The notes beneath the pieces are model-generated. The model ran no database searches, was not told the DNA's origin, and saw nothing but the letters and a program-made list of their open reading frames with translations. The translations under genes were made by a program, and so were the position numbers. A stretch of 60,319 bases of DNA, the filler included, from Hausera hauseri (taxonomy: Eukaryota), in the NCBI GenBank assembly GCA_046269625.1. It is 11 parts of 11 records of this genome, joined end to end, with 100 filler letters (N's around TTAATTAATTAA, not from the genome) between each part and the next. Parts side by side here need not be neighbours in the genome. Positions count along the whole stretch, not along the records: positions 52,409 to 60,319 come from JBJURY010880958.1; 10 more parts are not named here. One strand, given 5' to 3'. Positions 52,409-60,319 of this stretch are shown piece after piece (position 1 is the stretch's first letter; every line of letters begins with the position of its first letter).

Positions 52409-53190
52409 CCGAGCCCACAGAATATGCTTGCAAGTTGCGTTCGTGTCCTATCGATAATTTTGGTAACCTATCCACCATAAGTTTTGCACCGTTCGAATGT
52501 AACGTGAAACACAGTTCCAGAGAGTAGGAAGTCCCAGATGTATCTTTCGATACGACATTATTATGGCTTTATTTCAAAACACAGTTGTATAAAATTGATT
52601 TAAAACAAAATTCATTTGCTCACTTACCAACATTGCATATAGAAAAGGTCGGTATCACACATTTAGTTTTGATCTCTTGTCACAAATTGAAAAGTATCAC
52701 GCTGGAAAACTGTCCAGAACTGCAAGAGATTGTTATAAATTCGAGTACAGCACCACCATCGAAATCTATGGCAAATTGATGCGTATCAGAATAATGCGCT
52801 GTCCGACATTTACTATCTATAACTTTCTGTTTCTTGTCACACGGTTTTATCCACAACACGATGACATTCTTTACATTGCTTTCAGACCCTTTGGTAAATA
52901 CAATCCTCTCATTGAAAAAGCCCTTTGGCTCAATTCAGACAGTCAACATGTAATGGTGTCTCATGAATATCGGCAGGGATTATCCGAAAGAAACCTTAAA
53001 GAACTTTGTAATAGTAGTTTCGATCAGTTATTCAGAAAAATGCTAAAGTTCTCCGAATCACTGAAAAGGCGAGATATTTAGACAGTTAGGGACTTTTTGC
53101 ATGTCAATAGTTTTACTAACGGATCTTTCATGAGATCAGAACATGGTACCGATTGGGACCTCTTAACAGATATTCCCTGGATCAGTAAGG
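52409..53190 (+). pseudogene. FBXO38: FBXO38-like C-terminal fragment, intronless, decayed
   Basis: TLHIEKVGITHLVLISCHKLKSITLENCPELQEI, IAFRPFGKYNPLIEKALW..HVMVSHEY and WDLLTDIPWI parallel recalled FBXO38 blocks (..CGVSDLVLKDC.., IYLRPMQQ..LEQKLF..HICIIHEF, MISDFPWL). One frameshift and one TAG. Confidence 0.65.
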
Positions 53191-55822
53191 TCTGTTGCAC
53201 TATGCTGCCAAATGACTTAACACGAACACAACAGGCTGATCAGCTGTACGAACTGTTTTCTGAAATTCAATCACATATCGGGCACATGAAACTCCGTTGT
53301 CGGGGAATTCATTTTCACGTGCAACTCAGAGACGTTCACAAGCCGTCGATGAATGACACGAATAGTCAGATAAATAAAATAATCCCCAATGAATCTGATT
53401 TCTTTTACCCGCCTTTCTTTTATACTGATTCCCACATTAAATCAACATACCCTAGAACGGATTGTAACGCAAATTTTTGTCAACCAAATTTTTCAGATGT
53501 CTACCCAGAGCTTAATCAAGATCTTTTCGAATCCATTGACATTTTCAACAACTTTCATAAATCTCAGGACACTTCCTGTCTCCTCTTACACTTGAGAAAT
53601 CTGTTAAACGATAACCTAGATGACAGTTACGTACCGTACGCTTCCGACATCAACGAACGTATACTAATACCTCAGCAATTATCATCAGACAAACTGTTTA
53701 AGTCCACCACCAGCACTTCGTCAGCACCTCATCAACGTCAACAAACGTCGAGATCCGACACCGACAACGGCCGGATTCTGTCGACTCAGGCAGAATTCAT
53801 AGTACAGAAATCGGTCAAATTCAAATCTAATTTGCATGCCTTAAAGAAGTCCTCCAAATACATCAGCGTTAGTGAAATGACAGACTTAGCACATTCTGCT
53901 CGGGCCAAAACGGCTGAGTTGATTACACAGTTGGAAACGAGAAGTAACAGTAATAGTAACAACAGCAATAGTCAACATTTTAGGAACAAAAGGATACCCA
54001 GATATCAACGAACTCTGCCCCACGGTCCAATTACTATCGAATGACAATTACTAACGATTTAACAATTCACGCATTTACGATCGAATACATTCCATTGTAT
54101 GATCATGTAAAAAATATTGATCAACTGGCACAAACACTTGCCGACCCGATTTGCCGTCTTCTTGTTGATGAAATCTTTCATCCGCATCAATTGTTTAAAT
54201 ATCTGGCTAATAAGAAAATCTTGATGGGCACTGTGTTAACTATCCCACTAAAATTGTTTCAAATGGCCGGTAAAGCAGAAAAATTCCATTTACCTTTAGC
54301 CAATTCAGCTAACATGCCAAGTAGTATCCACAAAGTTAGTTTGAAACTATTCAACCCTTCTGCTCATAAAAACAGCGTTCCCATTCATATTCAGTCTACT
54401 TTTTCGAGCTTTAAAGCACTCAATATCCTGTCCATTCTCAGCGAAAACCTGCGTTCCCTTATTAAACCGAACTACTATTGTTTGAAGAATTCATTGCCAC
54501 ACAAGCCAAAAATCAGAAACGCGCCAAAAATCCAATATCTGATTTTAACTAATCAGATTGATGCTCTCAATTCAAGACTCCTGCATTGTCGAGACTGGAG
54601 TAACACGACAACGTTTGGAGCTTCTGTTCAATCAACAAACTCGATCGAATCCTTTTTTTAAAATCCGACAAAGCTAATCATCTCCAAGCTAGTAGTTAAC
54701 CATCGTTTAATCATTCTCTTGTCCAGTATTATGGCTAGTCCAAAAACAGAACGTCTTAAACTTCAATCGATATACCCATTACACGAGAATTTTGATTCAT
54801 GTATAAAAATGTTCGATTGCCTATCAAAATGCAAAATGGTTACTCGATGGAAAAATTGTATTAGCAAAAATGCTGTGGAGGCCCATCAGGATCTGGTCGT
54901 TCTTGTTGATCGACACAAAAGTCGTGCTGAGGACAACAAAAACGACCTTTTGCTATTGCGTAAGCATAAGAAGATGTATGCCCAATCTAGACCAATCGCC
55001 CGACGTCTTACATATTTTGATATGGTCGCAAATAAAACAGCACCTCAACTCTGTTTTTACGTTCCAGTATTGCTTTCCCACAAGAATAAGTTATTCGAAT
55101 GTGCAACGACCGCCGAATTAAAGCTATTCCTTATACGGGACTTCGGCAACTGTTCCTTTATAAACATTATACCGATTGACAGCAATTACTGTTAAATTCT
55201 TGTCAAACTCAATCTGTACAACAATTCCATTTCCTCTTTGTCTCGAAATCCCTTCCTACCAAATCCGATAAAGTTTAATCGCAGACAAAATCGATTTTTG
55301 ATTGTTCCGCTTTTGCAACGATTCTCAGAATCATATTCCGTTGAAATTGATGCCAATGTCTGTCATAAGCCTAACAGACACAGCCTAGCACATTTCTATT
55401 CGAAATTAATGTACATAAACGACAAAAAATTCGATAATCACGTTTCGGACGAATTGAACGTCATATTTGTCAATACTAAAACGCGTATTATATCTACGAA
55501 AGCCGCTCAGGCTTCAATTGCTACAATTTCCATTCTTCGACAACCCCAAAAAACTGGAGAATTTTCGACATTTTTGTCGATTGGATTTGTCATTGCCGAC
55601 AAATTAGCTATCCGATCATTGGACATCGACAATGAAACTACCGCCATATCGGTGCATGTAAGCTATCTTAATTACAATCCATTTTATAAATTCCGCCAAC
55701 AGCTTAAACATTTAGTTGATATGTCACGAAGTGATTATTACATGCATAGGATGACTTATCTTTACAGTATACAAAATTCATCTAAAGTTTTAACACCAGA
55801 AATGATTTTAAAATATTTCTAA
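53190..55822 (+). pseudogene. Long decayed ORF of unknown origin between the FBXO38-like fragment and UBL-Gag
   Basis: 52677-54044 is one frame with one stop, and 54041-55822 is one frame with only two internal stops. Confidence 0.6.
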
Positions 55823-55896
55823 TTTTAAAAACCCTTCATAGTCTGTTTATATCAGCGAGGATAAATGCTGTAGTAATCGATAAAAAAACAATATAG

Positions 55897-58800
55897 GTGG
55901 GCAGGTCGGTCACACCGCAATTTGGGCCCGCCGCGGCGAGGCTGGAGTCCCGGACGTCAACCTTGCGCCGGTCGGTCAGACGGTGCCTTTCGCTTCAGTC
56001 ACGCAGCACGCCTCCGAACACAACCTCTCCCCTATTCACCTTTCTTTTTCTAAATAATAAACACATACACGCATACATTACATTGCATTTACATAGTGCA
56101 ACTATTCGTAACTTCATTTCATTCTTACTTCACTCTTCCGATTTTTATCTTACACATAACGGATCTATAGTACCCCTCACTGGAACCCAACCATCTTTCT
56201 CAACCCATACTTGTCTTTACATACACTTCCGTACCAGTGGTGTCATGAACTCATCGCCAATTCTAAGCACCACGGATAAAACCACCACGAAACCAAAATC
56301 TGTTATATTGCTTCAAAAACCCACTCCTACACCCGCTAGCAACCTCTCACCTATTACCTCTTCTGCTCCTTTCCCTCACTGCACCGAATTCTTTATTGAC
56401 AACCAAGGCTCCAGCAAAACTTGGTTGCAATTCCATCAACTATGGCTATAGGCAAATGATATTACCGATTCTTTAACCAAGGCACACAATCTTTTCTTCT
56501 TACTTCCTAATAACATCAAAACACAAATTCACAACATTATCGAAATCTTTGAACTTCCTGACCCATATCTTCAACTCTTCAACGCCGTTCTTAAGATCAC
56601 AGAACCCTCCATGGACACGATCATACAACGTTTCTTCCACAACAATGCAATAGGCACGCAACGACCATCAGAATTTTTACGCACCTCTTTGGCACATCTA
56701 CATACCCTCGGCGTCAGTAAAGAACACAATCCAGACCTACTGCGCCACTATTTTCTCAATGCGTTACCTATCCAAATCCGGGCTTTACTTACCGTGGTGG
56801 AGTACTTCACGGCTCTTGAGAAATTGGCCGAATTAGCCGATAGGACATACAACGTTCTACACTTAAATTCCCCACCATTTGTTTCGGCAGCAGTTGCAGC
56901 TAACGATATTCAAACCAATAACACATCAATAGAACAACAGCTTAATCAGCAACGTGCTAAAAATATTGCACTACACGCAAAAGTCAACAATATTAATAAT
57001 AAATTAAACGAACTTTCTCTATCCCGCCGAGTGGATTTTGTCGCCGACCGCGTTCGTTCCACGTCTAGAAACCTCTCACCGTTGCCTGCGCGTTCGTCGA
57101 TCTGGTACTACCACAGCAGATTTAACACTAGTGCTCAGAAGTGCTGCCTAGGGTGCAAATTTTATAACAAGAGTTTTTCCTTGGACACCGTTGTTTGCAT
57201 CTACCACTGCTACAACGAAATCTGTTGATTTCCTCATTAATACAGGTGCAGCGGTTTTCTTATTACCACAAATCTTTCCTGTACAAAATTCTCCATTCAG
57301 AATTAAGCCCTTATACACCGCTTCAGGCCAACCGTTGCACATTTCTGGCATGGCTAAATTATCTTTCACTTTACCAAATTTCCCTTCACCTTTCCACTTG
57401 ACGTTGACAGTCGCTAAAGTCCATACGGCAATTCTAGGATCAGATTTTCTATCACATTATAATTTATTGGTTGACTGCAGTCAGCGATGTTTAAGAAACA
57501 GCACCACTGACGACATTTCTGGGCATGTCAATAGCATTTAGACTACCGGGCAGTCGACCGGTGCGCGGAGGTCAATCTGAAAAAATCAATGAATAATTCG
57601 AAATTTCATAACAATAATTCAATTCGTAAATTTTTAGATAATAATATTGATATTCGATTGCGGTGCGATATCGATAATTGTGGTACTGCCACCAACGTTA
57701 AATCATTCGACGAAATAACTTCACCCAACACCATTTTTAATTCGACCATCTTACACCAAATACCACTTGACTGCACATCACCAGATAACTCACACATGGC
57801 ATCCGCTACTACTCAAGCCGTTTCATCACTTCCACCGAATCTATCACAGTTACCTACAACTTTACATCAATTCGTCAACACATCATGTCCACGCGTACTT
57901 AAAAAATATCGTACGTTTACTCCCGAAAACAGTACTTTACACCATATATTTACACAGCATCAACGACCAATACGCCAAAAGGTACGACCTCTTTCACCTC
58001 GTCGTAGGCAGGCCGTAGAAGCCGAATTTCTTGAACTAGAACGTTCCGGCATAGTATGCCGTTCTAAATCTCCTTGGTCATCACCTTTACACGTTGTACA
58101 AAAAAGGACGGTACTTTTAGACCATGCGGTGATTACCGACAGCTAAACAACTTGACTATCATGGATGTGTACCCTTTACCACTCATTAAGGATATCTTGC
58201 ATCGTCTTAATTCAATCAATATTTATTCGACCATTGATTTAGCTAAAGCATACCATCAAATACCGGTTGCACCCGAAGACATAAAAAAAAACTGCTGTCA
58301 CTACTCCTTTTTATGTTTATGCCATTCGGTTTGCGGAATGCTGCACAAACTTTTCAGCAGCACATTGATTAAATTCTTGCAGTTTTTCCCTTTACACACC
58401 CTTATATCGATGATATCGTACTCGTTTCATCTTCGGCCAAAACAACACGCGGAACACTTTCGCGCAATATTCCAACGTTTTAACCACCATAATCTCCAAG
58501 TCAATTTCGACAAATGCCATTTCTTCAAAAAGGGCATTAACTTTTTAGGCAACATTATTTCACCAGACGGTTATTCTTCCCAACCAGACCGAGTCGAAGC
58601 TCTTAAAAATATCTAGTTGCCACGTACAACCACTGAAATGTGCAGCTTCCTTGGTATACTACACATTGTACATAAATATGTACCATATTGCTCAGAATTG
58701 ACAGCACCATTCGCACACCTAAGCGGCGGCAAAAAACACCAGCCAATCCAGTGGACACCTGAATTGGTTGACAAATTTGATAAGCTACGCGAAGGAATTA

Positions 58801-59070
58801 AGATCGTCGATATTCTCGCTTCCCACAAGCATGTCACAAAACTCCTCCTTACTGCAGACGCGTCAACCACTGCAGTAGGCGTTGTACTTCACCAGATCTA
58901 CAAGGGAGAAAATCAACTACTAAAATTTTTCTCTCGCAAGCTAACATGCCCTGAAACCAGATATTCAACGTTCGATTGAGAACTATTGGCCATCGTTCTC
59001 GCTTTAAAGCATTTCTCCCACCTACTTGTCGTTCGTCATTTTACTATACAAACCGATCACAAGCCCTTAC
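55897..59070 (+). mobile_element. UBL-Gag Gypsy (CsRN1 clade) copy 3: UBL-gag-protease-RT-RNase H, integrase absent
   Basis: UBL, gag, protease FLINTGA, RT (PYIDDI near 58400), RNase H (TADASTTAVGVVLHQ..FFSRKL..RYSTFD*ELLAI..TDHKPL). Confidence 0.92.
56032..56244 (+). other. Ubiquitin-like domain in frame with Gag (copy 3), di-Gly decayed
   Basis: LFTFLFLNNKHIHAYI..SATIRNFISFLL..DFYLTHNGSIV..TCLYIHFRTSGV|M. Codons cgt acc agt ggt gtc versus cgt atc cgt ggt ggc in copy 2. Confidence 0.65.
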
Positions 59071-59071
59071 T

Positions 59072-59274
59072 GTGGTGCCCACATTCATCCTATAGGACTC
59101 AAAATTATATAGTCATTTTTGTTTTGTTTAAATATTTCTATTGACTTTTTATTTTAAATAATTTTTAGTGAAATATAATACAATTGGTGGTTTTACTATA
59201 TTGCTGGACATTCTTTTTGTTGTTATGTATCTTAGCGCCTGCATACAATTAATAAATTCATAACCATTGCTACA
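59072..59274 (+). repeat. Possible short LTR
   Basis: TGTGG...CTACA ends and AATAAA at 59251. It begins exactly where RNase H is cut. No TSD seen. Confidence 0.3.
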
Positions 59275-59816
59275 ACTGTGGATTATTATATTCAGTATTA
59301 TAACAATTCGATTTGTAACTGTCTCATGTTTTATGAATCACAATTTCTATGATCGAATAATTCGATCGAATTCTTGAAGATCAATTTCTATGAAAAATAT
59401 CGAATCAACTGAAATAAAATGACCGATTTCCACATTGGTGTCAGAAGTGGGATACCAGAAACCGTTGTTTTTGAAGGTCCACACTACTTTCCATGTGTGC
59501 CTTTCTTCTTGGACCATTGTGACAATTCACTTACATGGACCGTGATCCATTATGGATGGTCGGCCAGCCTTTACATGAGTTCCATGGAGAAGGCTTTATC
59601 GTTTTTCTCTCTCCTTCCGGTCAATTTCCTACAATCCTTGAATGGAACTTCAGAAATTTCTTAAAAATAACAGATCCAATGATCAAACCGGAAAATATTT
59701 CGTCGTTGGAATTTCGTTGTCTGAATATTGCCGATGCGCAAGAGGCAGCCACTGTCAGTCGATAAACAGAGACAATTTCGTTTGCTAAAGAAAATACACC
59801 CAGTGAGGAGTACTAA

Positions 59817-60319
59817 TTGAAACACATATTCACAGATACACCTGATTGTCCACGACAGTCTGTTAACGACAATACACCTCCCATACAGAACGAGACATCG
59901 CAGTTACAACACAATTTACTAATGCGCCACTTTACCGATGCACCGTCAACATCGCATGATTTAAAACCTTTTATTCATGAGGAAATGCAAGTTGTCGACG
60001 GCCACACCATAACAGTATATTATGACGATTGTCTAAACAATTCCTGTAATACTTTCTCACCAGCTTTTTTGAAATCCAACGAGAAATCTAATTCCTTTCC
60101 GACTACAGTTTATTTCAAGTCGAACTCACCACACAAACAGAAAGTCCGCGAGTTCAAATATCTCAAAGCAGAATTCGAAAATCGTTCCGACAATATTGCG
60201 TTGCCTAAGGTGAAACCCACAAAACACCTGCTTGAAGGTTGTTCCAGTCTCATTGCGGGCGGTGCAAAACGAAAAATACTCGGCGATGAAATACCACCGG
60301 CCTGCTGGATCCCAAATGA
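59817..60319 (+). CDS. Unknown open frame running off the window end
   Basis: About 167 codons without a stop; no recognised domain. Confidence 0.3.
   Translation, partial: MKHIFTDTPDCPRQSVNDNTPPIQNETSQLQHNLLMRHFTDAPSTSHDLKPFIHEEMQVVDGHTITVYYDDCLNNSCNTFSPAFLKSNEKSNSFPTTVYFKSNSPHKQKVREFKYLKAEFENRSDNIALPKVKPTKHLLEGCSSLIAGGAKRKILGDEIPPACWIPN

Overview
This window is not continuous DNA. It is 11 short eukaryotic (invertebrate-like, mostly AT-rich) contigs joined by artificial 100-bp linkers (N44-TTAATTAATTAA-N44), so adjacency across linkers means nothing. Two apparently intact host gene pieces are present: a large exon of SZT2 (KICSTOR) and exons of a STAG/SA cohesin subunit. The rest is mostly decayed mobile DNA: a Polinton/Maverick pPolB region with its terminus, a mariner, RNase-H LINE fragments and several Ty3/Gypsy elements. 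Two Gypsy elements carry unrelated envelope genes: one class III gB/chuvirus-like env placed upstream of and in frame with the protease, and one class I F-like env downstream of integrase. The most striking signal is a CsRN1-clade Gypsy family seen three times on separate contigs. In each copy Gag is preceded in frame by a ~72-aa ubiquitin-like domain, ending RIRGG|M in two copies and decayed in the third. Each copy is also preceded on the same strand by a different intronless, decayed host-gene fragment (ZW10; KMT2C/D plus possibly PCF11; FBXO38 plus unknown ORFs). In two copies these fragments appear to have formed one reading frame with UBL-Gag. This suggests a cargo-UBL-Gag polyprotein released by a host deubiquitinase-type cleavage. 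All identifications come from recalled motif similarity; no database search was run.
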